A stretch of DNA of 64,000 nt from Eledone cirrhosa. Taxonomy: Eukaryota. A model generated the notes under the pieces. The model ran no database searches and had not been told where the DNA came from. It saw only the letters and a list, made by a program, of their open reading frames with translations. Below, in pieces: positions 1-13,689 of the stretch. The DNA lies in the NCBI GenBank assembly GCA_964016885.1, contig OZ024753.1, forward strand, positions 6,262,001-6,326,000. The letters run 5' to 3'. A program made the position numbers and the translations under genes. How positions within the stretch are numbered: the first letter of the stretch is position 1; every line of letters starts with the position of its first letter.

Positions 1-632
1 ACGAAAAAGAGGATTAAGGAGAACAAGAAGAGACGGAAGAAGAAAATGGAGAGGGTGGAGAGGAAGGAGATGAATAGGCGGATGATCAGGATGATGGAGA
101 TGAGGAGTATGATGAGGAAGGGGAAGAAGTGAAGTGGAAGGCGAAGAAAGGGAAAGAATTAGAAGAATGAACGAGAGGAGATGGCAGTGGAGTAATATAT
201 CCACTAGAGAGATCGTTGATTATCGTACCTAATTCTCCCAGAAAAAAAAAAACATTTCATACGATTGGTAAACACTATATACAGTATGAAACAAACACGA
301 TAGATTGGAAAGCTTAATGGATGAAGACATTTGTTTGGAAGTGTAGTTTATATAGATTTAATATTAAGGAGAAATTGCTTTATAAATACCCCCACAATTT
401 TTGTAAAATACCCCCACAATTTTTGTAACATAATTGGCAATAACATGCATAGCATGGTACATATAGTAGTAAAAGAAAATAGAACGATGCTCAAAAATTA
501 TCAGGAAATGTATTTTTAAGAAATGAATGAATCAAAGTAATTGAACTGTTGGATTTAAGTACGAGTGGAGTGAAAATCAATTCTCCCGTAGCGATATATA
601 TATATATTTGTATACATATCTCTCTCTCTCTC

Positions 633-716
<84 letters not shown>

Positions 717-2175
717 CTGCAAATTTATAGTTCACAAAGGGAGAACATAATTCATGCAAGATAAATATTTCTTTGTTTTAAGATTTGGGTTTGCAGCGAG
801 ATGGGACCTCTTTATGATGGCAAGGTTAGCGTCAACAAATATAGTTATTAGGAAGTGCACTTATGAGATATTGAGGTCCAGCCTCTGCTACGCAGATTCT
901 GTTACAAGCTGAACAAGGGATACATGTTTACATTAATTTCATATTCTCTAACTGTTTTGCTTTGTTTTTCTCCTATATATCGCTTAATATTTACTACATT
1001 TTCCTGTTTTGCTCAAACGATTTTCAAACCACCCGTATTTATTCATGTATATATACATGATAGCCGCAAACTCTGCTAAGAGTATTGCAATCGCTTGTCA
1101 GATTATAGTGTTGGGTGCACTTTTAGGCTATGGCCAGCGACACAAAGCTGTGCTTTGAAGTTTTTTTTTAATTGGGGTAAGACCTTGTACTCAACTAATC
1201 CCACTCTCTGAGCATCGAAAACACGATCTGAAAAGGAGAACCGGTCAACATCACCGGATGCTTCCGAAGCCGCAGGTCATTTTTCCATAGTTTCCCTCTC
1301 CTAGAAAGGTGATGTGACAACAATTGGGGGCCTTTTATGCCAGGTGGAAAAAATAAATATATATATATATATATATACAAGTATACAGATATACATTTAT
1401 ACTTGTATTTGTTATCCTCGAAGCACGTGGATGTGTTACTAATTGTACCTGAGCTTAAAGAAGTCAGAAATAAAACATATGAAATTATAAATACGCTCCT
1501 CTAATGGAATTATAACAATAGATATATTATTACAGAAATGTAGCAAGCAATGACTGCATATGCACGTGTCTAGAAATATATGAATATGGGCACATACCAC
1601 TTAAAACATACAGATCCACACATTCAATGTCATGCATACTCGAGCATACATGCATGCACACATGAGCACGAGTACGCACATGGTGTCAGAGATACAGAAT
1701 TAACCGGTTAGTGGTTCTAAACACCTATGACACATTTTTATTTTGTGAGAAATATTGTTTTGTTAAAATGGTAGCAGAATAAGTGTTTGAACTAAACTAA
1801 ACACCGCTAAAATGTGACATTAATAGATCCCCATCCAGGTGCATTTGCAATACGATTCTTACATAATAGAGAATTATAACTCAAATACATAGCTACGAAT
1901 GGAACGACAAAAGTAATAAGATTCGTGCTGACAAGCCATTTGACAAATAAGATGATAGTAAATAGTACTGTAACCTAGCAAATGATTGTTATTCTTTCCT
2001 AGATATGAAATGTCTCAGTCAGCAATCAAACAATGATTTTTATACTGACTCATTCTGTAGTCTGTCCATTGTTACTGACTTCATCTATATCTAATGGCTT
2101 CAGTTAACATTAGAATGGTGTGGTTCTTAATATTTGAATGTATTTGATGTATATCGTTCAAATCAGATGTAAACG

Positions 2176-2560
2176 TAATAATTGTTTCTACTTTTGGCAC
2201 AGGGCCAGTAATTATCCCAGTACAATACTGGTACTTTATGTTATCGACCCCAGTAAGAATGAAAGGCAATGTTAACCTCGGCGGGATTTGAACTCAGCCG
2301 GTAAAGGGCCATAACTCTATGCTGCAAAGCATAGTGTCTGACCCTTTACCGATACTGCCAATCCACCAAAATAACTGTTTCTACTTTTGGCACAAGGCAA
2401 GCAATTACCTCAGTGTATTACTGGTGCTTTATTTTATCGACCCCGAAAGGATGAAAGGCAATGTTAACCTCGGCGGGATTTGAACTCAGCCGGTAAAGGG
2501 ACGTAACTCTATGCTTGAGAGCATGGCGTTCGACCCTCTACCGATACTGCCAATCCACCG
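2176..2560 (-). mobile_element. Tandem pair of tRNA-derived SINE copies (dominant SINE family of this window)
   Basis: Two ~190-bp units (2176-2367, 2370-2560). The reverse complement reads TGGCAGTATCGG (A box) ... GAGTTCAAATCCC (B box) ... TTGCCTTTCATCCTT(A/T)CGGGGTCGATAAAATAAAG(T/C)ACCAGT ... CCTTGTGCCAAAAGTAGAAACA. Confidence 0.92.
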
Positions 2561-4253
2561 TATCTGTCAGGAATTGAAACCATTTGCAGGAAAGGTTTTA
2601 CACAGAGCTAAATATTATTCTAAAGCGAAATGAAGATATTATTGTTATCATTAGTTTCGTATCCTTTGTCCTATGCATTCAATTGAGTGTTTGGGAAGGC
2701 CAGAAAATAAACAAATTTTGAGTATTTGGAGCTAGAGTGAATTGATTTCAAGACATTCAATTTATCACAAAAATATATTTTAAAACTAACTATAGATGTG
2801 CTAAAATAATTGAAAATAAAGGAGCATAGTAATTTCCATAACTCTTTTGTTGAGAAAATTGGAAAATAATTTGCCATCGACCACTTTTATAATTTTCGTC
2901 GTCTTATTGTGATTCCTATTCGTTCTTACTTTCTTCTATTGTGTGTTTTTTATCTTTATACTTATATTTATCTATATTCTTATAGTGTTCTATTTTTATA
3001 TACTTCTAAACCTTTTTATTTATTTTTTTACTCCCATCACAATCTTGTCCGTATTATTCTTAGATTACTTCATTATTATTTTGAGAGCTGCTAAGTTCTC
3101 TTGAATTCATCGAACGCATTATACACAACATAATTTCTTATAGATTTTGTTATTGTAGAAAATAACGGAAAATATTTTATATCGCCATTTCATTTGTGTA
3201 TTTATTTGATTCCTCTTATAGTTTTGTTTCATTTCGTAACTTTTATGACGAATTTATCCCAGGTGTTTTATTTAATTTACATCGTTTCTTTCTTTCCTAT
3301 TTGCCAGTATTCTCAACATTAATATTATGTCTATTTCCACACACACGCAGTGGAACACACACACAGATATATTTATATACCTATACAGCACACGCACACA
3401 CATTTGTATGTATGTGTGCGTGTATATATATATATATATAGGTTTGTATTTATGTGTGTATATATATGTATATATCCTGGTAATATGAAAAAAGGGGCAA
3501 ATAAACACAAAAAATGGCTTCAGCATCAGATGTAGAAATACATTATAAATAAATTATGTGTCTCTAGTAAAATAAACACAGCTTTACCCAAGAAATGAAT
3601 TTATACATTTGAATAACATTTCGTCGGAAAGAAATCTCAGACCAACTCCTTTTTGTTATTTTTCATCATCACAATTATATACTTTCCTCTTTTCTTTAGA
3701 GCGTATTTATCCTCGCCATATTCTAACGTTTAAACGACTCCAACATTTTCTATTTCTGTTTGTTTATGAGTAATATTTTATTGCGTAAGACAGACAATAC
3801 ACTAAAGGCTTTTAGCGAGCTAGACACCATTTATAAAACGTTTCGTAGATTCAGTATTCTGCAGGTGCGTATTACAAAAATGTTTTTATCTCTACTCAAT
3901 TAGAAATTTGTTTCAGTTTCATGGAAAATGTTATGTTACATGTCCTTCTAATGGGTTATGATGTCACATGTATACATTCCATAGAGATGTCTAGAATGTG
4001 GAGCAAGTCTATATCGTCTCGGTCTTCAGCTAATGAAAGATAAAATATAACCGATATAAATATCCAGCCAAAATACAGAAATCGGCATATATATGTTTTA
4101 CTCACATGGGAATGGAATAAGAATTCTCTTAAAATAGATAGAACTAACATTGTTGTATATTATACGTCTAATATGGACTTATAGTAACTTGTGCACACAT
4201 GACACCATGTTAATATCGTTATACACAGTTTCCATGAACTTAGTGGTTAGAAC

Positions 4254-4570
4254 TCCATGGCTTAGTGGTTAGAGCATTGGCCTTGCAATCGAAAGGTTGA
4301 GTTCAATTCTCGGACCGGGTGATGTGTTGTTTCCTTGAGCAAGACACTTTATTTCACATTACTCCAGTTTACTCAGCTGTAGAAATGAGATGATAGACTG
4401 GAGTCCCTATCATTCCACTGGAGGTGCCACGGCAAAAGAGCACCCATCACTCACTGTAAATGAGGTTGGTGTTAGGAATGGCATCCAGCTGTAGAAATCA
4501 AGCCAGAATCAGATCCCGTCCCACCCTTGCAAGTAGGGAAAAAGCGGACGTGATGAAATGATGATGATAT
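4254..4570 (+). mobile_element. tRNA-derived CORE-type SINE with RTE-LINE-like 3' tail
   Basis: TGGCTTAGTGG A box, GAGTTCAATTC B box, CORE-like CCTTGAGCAAGACACTTTATTTCAC. The tail ATCCCGTCCCACCCTTGCAAGTAGGGAAAAAG...(ATG)n matches the RTE 3' end at ~7700-7750. Confidence 0.85.
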
Positions 4571-4629
4571 TCGCGCACACTGAGAGAAGTTCATTCATGC
4601 ATATATACATAACCACCAACAGAAACGAA

Positions 4630-5120
4630 CAAAGACTGCCATATCTCACCAGTCTTAATTTCCAAGACATAAACTTACATCTTTTCAGATACACACACGT
4701 CCGTTTATAAGACTCCCGTAAACGCTAGGCATATATATAAAAAAAAGAGCCTTGCCATCCTAATATAGTTTTCGAAAACATCATCAAATATATCCACAAG
4801 AAATTAATAAACTTCTTTTCAATCAAAGCTATCTTGGATAGAACCACACCTAATATAACGCAGTCCTCATCAGCAGTGTCTTTATGAGGAAATATCGTAC
4901 TCTACAGATCCCCACCCTATATCCAACAAGAGGTGTGTGTGGGTTTCGCCCCCATTTACGCCCAACATTAAAACTAACATGAGTAAAATGTTCCTAGAAT
5001 GATTGGATGCTCACGTCTCTGTAGGCCGTAATCCCCGTCAGATATTTAATCATTAAAAAGTGTAAATTGATTTCTCGTGTGCTGAAACATGAAATTGTGC
5101 ATTACAAACAAACACAAGAA
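4630..5120 (+). pseudogene. Decayed Penelope-like (Naiad-type) reverse transcriptase thumb-region fragment
   Basis: Manual translation across stops and frameshifts gives CHPNIVFENIIKYIHKKL ... KRCVWVSPPFTPNIKTNMSKMFLE*LDAHV...IFNH*KV*IDFSC, matching the W(F/Y)xPP...FL..LD.HF...IFN..VK.SYSC pattern also seen at 17.9 kb. Confidence 0.7.
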
Positions 5121-5199
5121 CCTTTCACCTTCCGGACCCTCTGGCAGAAGTCCAGAAGCAAGCCATCTTCATCAGTGTATCAATCCAGCGGTACTCTGC

Positions 5200-5470
5200 G
5201 AAGCAGATGTGATCTCCACCAACATTACATATATTTATATCATATGCCTTTGGAGTTAATTCACCGTTACCAAGTATTATCTTAAGCCTTAACCTATCCA
5301 ACTTCTCCATCTTGTCTTTGGTCCAAATCAAAATAGCTCTTCTATGCCTATCAACTAGCAGAGCTCAGACATTGAGATCGTTAATCCAGTTCTTCCTAGT
5401 TGATTTCGTTTTCAGTAGCAATTCTAAACTATTTTCAAACCCTTCACACTTGCTTTCATCTCATTTAGAA
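5200..5470 (-). pseudogene. R4/Dong-like non-LTR retrotransposon RT-region remnant
   Basis: Minus strand reads LELLLKTKSTRKNWINDLNV*ALLVDRHRRAILIWTKDKMEKLDRLRLKIILGNGELTPKA, resembling the R4-clade ILKSKLN..N.I.AIN.WA...WT..EL..LDR..RK motif. Heavily decayed. Confidence 0.5.
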
Positions 5471-5696
5471 CTGTATCAAACTGCATAGTGCTCAGAGATG
5501 TGTACCCGTTTTCGACTATCCAGCAGTTAACTCAGTCCTGCCATTATGCCTACCTCTCTTCGTAATCAGAGTGGGACAATTTGCAATACTAAACCGCCCC
5601 TCAATGTCCCCAAAACACCAATGGACAGTTGTGACCAGTGAATCAACATGATTCATTCCTGATAAAGTGTTTCAGATCATCCATTAAAAGTAGATG

Positions 5697-5965
5697 AAGC
5701 AGCAGTAGTAGCAGCAGCAGGAGCTATAGTAGTAGTAGTAGCAGGAGTTGTAGTATTAGTAGTAGTAGCTGTAGTAGCAGCAATAGTAGTAGTAACTGCA
5801 GTATCTACAGTAGCAGTAGCTGTAGTAGCAGCAATAGTAGTAGTAGTAACTGCAGTATCTACAGTAGCAGCAGCAGTAGTAGTAGTAGCTACAGTAGCAG
5901 CAGTAGTAGTAGTCGCAAGAGTAGTAGTAGTAGTAATAGCCGCAGCATTAGTTGTAGTATCATTG
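5697..5965. repeat. (GTA/GCA)n trinucleotide array with an internal ~55-bp higher-order duplication
   Basis: Runs of AGT/AGC. The block GTAGCTGTAGTAGCAGCAATAGTAGTAGTA(GTA)ACTGCAGTATCTACAGTAGCA occurs twice. Confidence 0.9.
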
Positions 5966-6579
5966 CTGTTGTTATTTTTGATTACCGCTTTTTTATGCCT
6001 TCTTTCGTCATATCATTGGTTGATATAGTATATGCTGTCATAACTTCATTATTAACTCATTGATTTTCAGAATGTTTTATTTTTACGCTTTTGTTATCAT
6101 AAGTTTCCATTGTAAAACCGTACTTGTGAAGTCCACATTCATGGCAGCTTAAGAAATTGTACATCTCATACAATTCAAATATAACAATAAATATTGAAAA
6201 TACAATCTCTGTCTGTTTATTCAGGTCATATAACAACAAGACATACTAGACAACGGTTGTTGAATGCCAAAACCAAAGTCATTTTTATGGTAGCTTAATT
6301 CATTTTATGGCCGGTTCTTAGATTATACAAAGATTGTTCTTTTGTCATGTGAAAAGATTATGAAAGTTCGTAAGAAGTCAACGAGGAAAAAAAATATCTG
6401 AAATATATTGCAGAACATATCTGTAATAATGAAATATTTTTTAGACATTAAATGGCATAGAATTGCACAATAGGAAACAAAGAAAAAAAGATGAAACTAG
6501 GAACATAAGAAGGGGAGGGGGTAATCAAACAGAAAAGGAAATATACACATATTCACATAAACATATAAGCATGTGTATG

Positions 6580-6612
<33 letters not shown>

Positions 6613-6715
6613 ATGTATGTATATATATATGTATGTATATATATGTGTGTGTGTAATTTGACATGTATATATGTGTGTATATATATAGTTGTGTGTATAT
6701 ATATATATATATAGT

Positions 6716-6758
<43 letters not shown>

Positions 6759-6813
6759 GTGTGTGTGTATATATATATATATATATAGGTGTGTTTATGT
6801 ATATATATATAGT

Positions 6814-6856
<43 letters not shown>

Positions 6857-7139
6857 ATACATAATAAGCACTATCCTTATACAATATTACTGTCATCGTT
6901 TGATTTGGGAAATATCAATTACAAAAGAACATTATTATTTGGTAATGAAATTAGGTTTATTTTTCTTCCATGTTTCTCCTCTCAACAAACAATACTTATG
7001 TACATTTTAAGAATCAATACAATCTTCTATTAAGGGGATATGATTTTATTATTTGATTCAAATACTCTGGTATTTAATTCTGTGTCCACTCAATTAAATA
7101 TGATTTCCATTTGTAGTTCCATTCCTCATATGTGAATTA

Positions 7140-7752
7140 TATGTTGCCTGTGTGAGCTACCCGATGCTGTACGGTAGTGAGACAAGGGCAGCAACTGCAG
7201 AGGTTATGCGATGGCTGGAGAGAAATGAAGCAAGGATGCTCCATTGGATGTGTTATGTCAATGTATGTGAACGGCTAAGTATAGATGTGTAGAGAGAGAA
7301 ACTGTGTATAAGAGGGATAATTTGTAGTGTGCGGGAGAGAAGACTGCTCGATGGTATGTATGGACATGTGATGCGCATTGAGGGTGACCGCTGGGTAAAG
7401 AAGTGCCAAGAAATCCCCGTAGAAGGAAGATGGTATGGACATGTGATGCGTATGGAGGATGACCGCTGGGTAAAGAAGTGCCAAGAAATCCCCGTAGAAG
7501 GAAGATGGTATGGACATGTGATGCGCATGGAACATGACCGCTGTGTAAAGAAGTGCCAAGAAATGCCAGTAGAAGACGCAATAGAGGAAGACCACGAAAA
7601 ACATGGATGGAGGTGGTGAGAGCAGACCTCAGATTGCTGAAGCTCACGGAGGAGATGACGAAGGACCGTGACAAATGGAGAGATGCTGTGCTGAATAGGA
7701 TCCGTCCAACCCTTGCAAGCAGGGAAAAGAGGATGCAAAATGATGATGATAG
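7140..7752 (+). mobile_element. 5'-truncated RTE-clade LINE 3' end containing a triplicated 75-bp segment
   Basis: YGSET...MRWLERNEARMLHWMC, WYGHVMRMEDDRWVKKCQEIPVEG (x3), RGRPRKTWMEVVRADLRLLKLTEEMTKDRDKWR; ends in (ATG)n. Confidence 0.92.
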
Positions 7753-7884
7753 TCCACATTCGTGATTATAACTGATAATAGAATTTGAACGCGCATTGAA
7801 AGCTGGGAATAAATGAGTTACTATAATAGCATCTGTACAAAATATAATTTAGAGATATATCAGATGAAAGAATGGTATTTAACT

Positions 7885-8800
7885 AATGTAATGGTACGCG
7901 ATGGGGCCCACCCACAGCCCCGTCGGACAGAATGGAGAAGGCGTTTCCCCGGAGGACGGCAAGGGAGACGCGCTGAAAAATCCACTCCAACTCGCGGGGC
8001 TCACACCTGCGTCTGGCTAGCTCAGCGCCTATGGTGGTGAGTAGGGAGGTGGGCCAAGGACACCAGAAGTCTCCACTGTCAGGGGAACGACCGCAAACCT
8101 ATCGGAGAGCGACCGGTATTTGAGGAGTTTGGCCCCCTCAGCGCGACGTGCAGCAGAACCTGGGTCAGTCGCAGACAGCACCAGGTTGCGGCTGCAGAAA
8201 AAGTCGGTGCAAGTGACTCCCAGACGAGAGGTTTGCCACCGCGGAACCTGACGTTAGTCAAGCCATCTGGCCTTTTGCCGTCCTCTCGAACAGCCCCACC
8301 GGCTCGAGCTGAGAAGGGAAGCCTGCAGCGTCCAAGCCATGCTTAATGACCTCGTTGAGGGAAGCATGGCGTGGAATGCGGCTGGCACTGTGGCGACAGG
8401 AAAGCGGGTGGATGCCGAAAGAGTCCACGGTGGAACCGCAGCGACATTGGTGTGGCTTCAGATCCGGAGGCCGAGCCTCAGGGAAACGCCGATTCGCAGG
8501 CTATGGTTGTCTAGCTGCGTACCAGTGGAGAAGGAGGGCAGGGCATGGAGCCAGGCACCACTGTGGTGTTTGGGGGCCGCACGAAAACAAGCTAGGCGGT
8601 GCTGGTCGAGCTGGCGCGTGAGCCTGTCTAAGGCCAGGCTGCACTGGATGGCATCCCAAGTGCGTTGGGGGGACTTGACGTCAACAGGGGGAGAAGGAGG
8701 AGGGACGTCTACTGGGCTGAGTCCCAGCCGGTCCCACGTCTCACAGGCGGCCTCGCGTTCCCTGAACACAGAGGGTTCTGTTGTTGTAGTCCGGAATACG
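7885..8800 (-). mobile_element. CRE-clade non-LTR retrotransposon, C-terminal zinc knuckle + restriction-like endonuclease (frameshifted)
   Basis: SGAWLHALPS...LRIGVSLRLG, CRCGSTVDSFGIHPLSC...RHASLNEVIK, DGKRPDGLT...GKPLVW, and C-terminal IFQRVSLAVLRGNAFSI, all CRE-type motifs. GC-rich island in AT-rich DNA. Confidence 0.88.
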
Positions 8801-9047
8801 TCAACATTATAAACGTACGTATTTATATACATATATACACAAATCCAAACAAACATACCGACATACATACATTACATATAGGCATACATGTATACATGCA
8901 TACATTCATAATTACATGCATACATACATGCATGTATACATACATACGCACATGCATATATACATACGTACATACATACATATATACATACTTACATGCA
9001 TATATTCATTGATACATACATGCATGCATTCACACATATATACATAT

Positions 9048-9382
9048 TAACCATCTTGCCAACAACAACCCTGAGCACCTTTTTGAATTCCACGTGAAAC
9101 ACACCCGTCAGCATACCTACATGTCAGAAAACACCACAGCTCCCATGACTTTCGGAAACATGTATTCATGCTGAAGCATGGAAGAAACCTCAATGCATCC
9201 TGAGATTCGCCAACACTACACCAGATGTCCCCCCGCCATACATACATACGTACACATGTATATCATGACTCATACACTGTTCACTTTCCTGACATTTGTA
9301 AATTATTCTCTGTCCTATATATGCACCTTTGATGAATTGTAGTACACCTGAGCACTGTACACAGTAATTTTATTATTATTAT
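9048..9382 (+). mobile_element. CR1-group LINE 3' end (internally deleted); same family as 61445-62050
   Basis: Shares ACCATCTTGC(C)AACAACAACCCTGAGCACC...GTATATCATGACTCATACACTG...CACCTGAGCACTGTACACA and an (ATT)n tail with the minus-strand copy at 61.5-62 kb. Confidence 0.75.
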
Positions 9383-9384
9383 AC

Positions 9385-9495
9385 AAAATCCCGCCGAGGT
9401 TAACTTTGCCTTTCATCCTTACGGGGTCGATAAAGATAAAGTCCCAGTAATGTACTGGGTAATTGCTGGCCTTGTGCCTAAAGTAGAAACAATTA
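9385..9495 (+). mobile_element. 5'-truncated copy of the dominant SINE
   Basis: AAATCCCGCCGAGGTTAACTTTGCCTTTCATCCTTACGGGGTCGATAA...GTAGAAACAATT. Confidence 0.9.
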
Positions 9496-10387
9496 TACAT
9501 ACATATATTTATACGTACATATATATTTATATATGATATGACATTATACATATATCTGTATATAGATTCGATATCGATAACTACTGTAGACATATACATA
9601 ACACAAGTTAGTCTCAGTGTGCGTGTATATATATATATATATATATTGATTGATTGTAGAAATTGGAGAAAGTATGAAGTAAACCGTATTGAGATGATCT
9701 GCTTTTCTGAGGATTCACTCCTATAAAATAACTGAATAAGTTCGAGGTATAGATCAACAAAATGAATTGATTTTACAATTATGGTTTGAATCTTTCTATA
9801 TCAAACTAGAATCAAATATTTTATTAATAATTGTTTCTACTTTTGTCACAAGGCCACCAATTACCACAGTGTATTACTGGTGCTTTATTAATACTATATT
9901 CCAGAGTGGACTGACTATGAATGAGTGATGCTAGAGCTGTTACATCTTGCATGATTTATTTCAACTATTCTTATTAACCGCATAATCAGTTTCCAGGGAC
10001 TATACTGAAAACATTAAACACAGTGGGCCATTTGGTGAGAGTATCTTGGTCAGTGTAACCTGTCATTTCAAAGGCCGAAGGGTGCATATGCTGAATTCAT
10101 GTACTTTCAGCCTATGAACTTTTCGGTAGATCCTCCTATAATCATTAACAATTATCACAGATTCAACTTTTGATTCCGATGTATAAATATGAATTAGATG
10201 AAGCTCATATAACTATCACATGGTGACTACGTAATTTCCTGCAAGAAAATTTGGATCTCGTATACGAAGAACTGTTATTAGAATAGACATATTTCTCTGT
10301 AATTAAAATCTGAATTAATTTTCTGAATATGTACGATACCCCGTGAAATATTATTTACATGAAATATCTTGATGTAATTATATAATA

Positions 10388-10552
10388 GGCCAGCAATTAC
10401 CCAGTGCATTACTGGTACTTTATTTTATCGACCCCGTAAGGATGAAAGGCAAAGTCAACCTTGGTGTGATTTGAACTCAGATCATAAAGGGACGTAACTA
10501 TGCTGGAAAGCATGGCGTCCGACCCTCTACCGATACTGCCAATCCACCGCCC
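10388..10552 (-). mobile_element. Dominant tRNA-derived SINE
   Basis: Near-consensus reverse-complement copy ending at GGCGGTGGATTGGCAG. Confidence 0.9.
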
Positions 10553-12356
10553 TTTTAATTATATAATAATGAATGTAACCTGTGTTTTAGGCGACTAATT
10601 GGCAGAATAGTTAGAATATCAAATAGAATGCTTTGCGGTGTTCGTTTCAGCTCCGTTCAATGAGGTCAATTTTGCCTTTCATCCGTTTAATGTCGATAAA
10701 AAGAAGTACCAGACTTGTACTGCGGTAGTTTCCTCCTCAATGACACTTTCTCACTTCCTTTCCCTCACTCTGTATTCGTCTCGGTAAGAAATCTGTTGCG
10801 TTCACAACTGGAATTGAAATGGGCTCCGCTAAGTTTTAAAATGCCCTAGCAACGCCATATGTCAATATGGCGCCCGCACGACACTCTCAAATGTTACGGA
10901 TCCATCCATAGATACATTACATATTTTAGATATGAAATTTAACTTTAGTTTCTGATATGAATGCAAATATATAATTAATTACACAGAACTTTGTCTCTAT
11001 TAGGATTACACCAAAGACAGAGATTTCAGTGACCTGTGATACATGCAGCAAAAACTCTTTATTTGTCTCATAAATCCCATTTGTTTACCCTATTGCAGTC
11101 AAGCAATTACTTATAATAGTAGACTCACTATTCTTAATCCAACATATTAGAATATATTGTTTTGAAGAATATAAGAGAAAAAACAAACGATTTTAGTTGC
11201 TGAGAGTATTTAATTGTAATAACTTTATGATATATGAAGATGTACGAGAATATCTATGAAAACGAATGCACAGAAATTTATGTCGCCGAGTTTGATCAAT
11301 CATATCGACTTATTTAATCTCAGATTTTAGGAACATTGTTTATTATATATATTTAACGTTGGTGTTTACATTCAGGTCATCTCACATCGATTAATACTTT
11401 TTCAGGTTTAACCATGTTATCTTGGTTTTTCATATTTAGTGTATCTAGCAATAAATTATTACAATGTCTACCTATTGCTTTAATATGGGAAGATGTGATT
11501 AGAGTGTGATTGCGCGACTACAGATTACAGACGGAATGACACAGTTGGTGTATATTTTAGTATATTTAAAGCTTTATTGCACGTGATACGCAGCACATAG
11601 GAGACTTCAAGTAAGAAACATCAATAAATGGTCCCAAAATTCATCATCCTTATCACAAGAGACGTAATTTAGTATATTCTACGCGGCGCCATTTTCTGTA
11701 GAAGTATTTATATCCTCTTTTTTATAGTTCTTTCTCTATCTACTAAACTGATTTGCTTAATATATTTAGGAATATAGATACAATAATTTTTTGCAGAATG
11801 TATTACAGGAATTCAGATAACCATAAACAATATTTTCTTTGACATTGAGTCCCCTATTTTATTGTGTTGTCAGCTATTGTATAATTTCTTCTGAAATTCA
11901 TATCATTTATTCTTTACTTCGTTACGTGGAATTGTTTATCTACCGTTTCTTCAATTTGTGTGTATTTTTTTCTTTCATCTTTTCTCTTCCTTTTGTGTTG
12001 TTTTTTTTTTTGTTCTTTTTTTTTCATGGAATCTATACTACCATTTTACAAAATATCAGAAAATTTGGATTAACCCTTGTTCATTTTTGTATTTCGTTTA
12101 TTGTGTGAAAGTTTTATTGTTCTTTTAATAGCAGGATATTACGAAGTTTGACAATGAAATCAAGAAAATATTCCAAGCTCTGTAATTTATTACTCTACAA
12201 ACTATTGTCTGATTTATAGCTCTGCTCCAAGAATAACTAACTTCCTAACATTGATTCCTATGTGAGACTAATATCATGATACATTCTTGGATTAGATCAA
12301 TTCTTCCATTATTGCTTTGTCTTTGATGACAGTAAAATACAATATAACTGATGATG

Positions 12357-12391
<35 letters not shown>

Positions 12392-12892
12392 GACGACTGC
12401 TACTACTACTATTATTAAGCAGTAGGAGGAGCAGGATGAGTGGGATTGGTAGGACATGGAGGAAAAAGCAGGAAAAGTAGAATCATTATTATTGTTATTA
12501 TTGTCATCATTATTATTATCATCATTTTGTTGAAAGATGGGTGAGAGAGGCAAGAATGGCCCGAGTGAATGGACCTACTCAGAGTATGTGTCTGTAAATT
12601 AAAGGTGGAAAACTGGGAGAGGGCACTTGCCCTGCTGCTCAGGGTCACTGTGGCCTTTTAATGGACTTTCTCCATGAATGTCCCTCGGAAGTCTCCCCCC
12701 TATTGGGGAATTTTTCATTGTTATTTTTTTTGTTACATCCTCTGTTTTCGTTTTTTTTTACACGCAGAAATGCCCATTTGTACCGTCCTGTATTGTCCTG
12801 TACTGTCCTTAATGTCTACTTTGCGTAAACCCTTGTGGTTAATACAGAAAGCATTATTGTTATCATCATTATTGTTATCATTAGTGTTTACA

Positions 12893-13085
12893 GGGTGGTG
12901 GATTGGCAGTATTGGTAGAGGGTCGGACGCCATGCTTTGACGCATAGAGTTACAGTCCTTGCCATTCTGAGTTCAAATCCCGCCGAGGTTAACCTCGCCT
13001 TTCATCCTTACGGGGTCGATAAAATAAAGTACCAGTAATGTACTGAGTATTTGCTGGCCTTGTGCCTAAAGTAGAAACAATTATT
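12893..13085 (+). mobile_element. Dominant tRNA-derived SINE, full length
   Basis: GGTGGTGGATTGGCAGTATTGG (A box) ... GAGTTCAAATCCC (B box) ... central GCCTTTCATCCTTACGGGGTCGATAAAATAAAGTACCAG ... GTAGAAACAATTATT. Confidence 0.93.
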
Positions 13086-13508
13086 ATTGTTATCATTATT
13101 ATCATCATCATCATCATTATAATTGCAACAGGTATGTATATATATTTATATATTTCTGTATCAATTATTTCACTTTTCTTCTGCAGTCTGGGACACTTTC
13201 TTTTCATATTTTTAGTTCTCTCTCCAGTAATTTCTGTAAAGAAAATTATCTTTAGTATTTTAACTTTAGTGTTTACATTTCCTGTCGTAAAAAAATATTA
13301 CAATTTTTATCTGGCATATTTTCATTTTTTCAGGATTTTTTTTTTTTTCTCCTTTTTGGTGAATGTGCATTTGTTGCATTACGGACGATTAATAAATGTT
13401 TTATAGGGTCAATACATGAAAATACAGATTGTAGTAACTTGACTTTACGCAGCAGAACAAACATCCAAACGTATTCAATATCGTTTGTATGATGTTTCAA
13501 TATTGCCT

Positions 13509-13545
<37 letters not shown>

Positions 13546-13689
13546 CACAGTTCAAGAGTAACCAATCTTAAAGAGAGAGATGGAGATAGGAGAGGAGATA
13601 TGAGAGGAGAGATTGGTGAATTAGTTAGAGCACATGCCTTTACGCTTTGGCTTCTATGTGCAATATGCAGTAGAAAGCAGCTAGGTGGA

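Noticed and set aside
5115-5185. Minus-strand CTGATGA...GAAA
   Set aside because: Stem I does not pair convincingly; similarly weak cores at ~21527, ~42590 and ~46740 were dismissed as chance.
12110-12185. Possible terminal exon (pyrimidine tract-CAG then DITKFDNEIKKIFQAL*)
   Set aside because: Only 16 codons, no recognisable homology and no partner exons identified; cannot be supported without transcript data.
12893-12985. tRNA gene
   Set aside because: A/B boxes belong to SINE heads: expanded anticodon region, no complete cloverleaf, and always followed by the SINE body.
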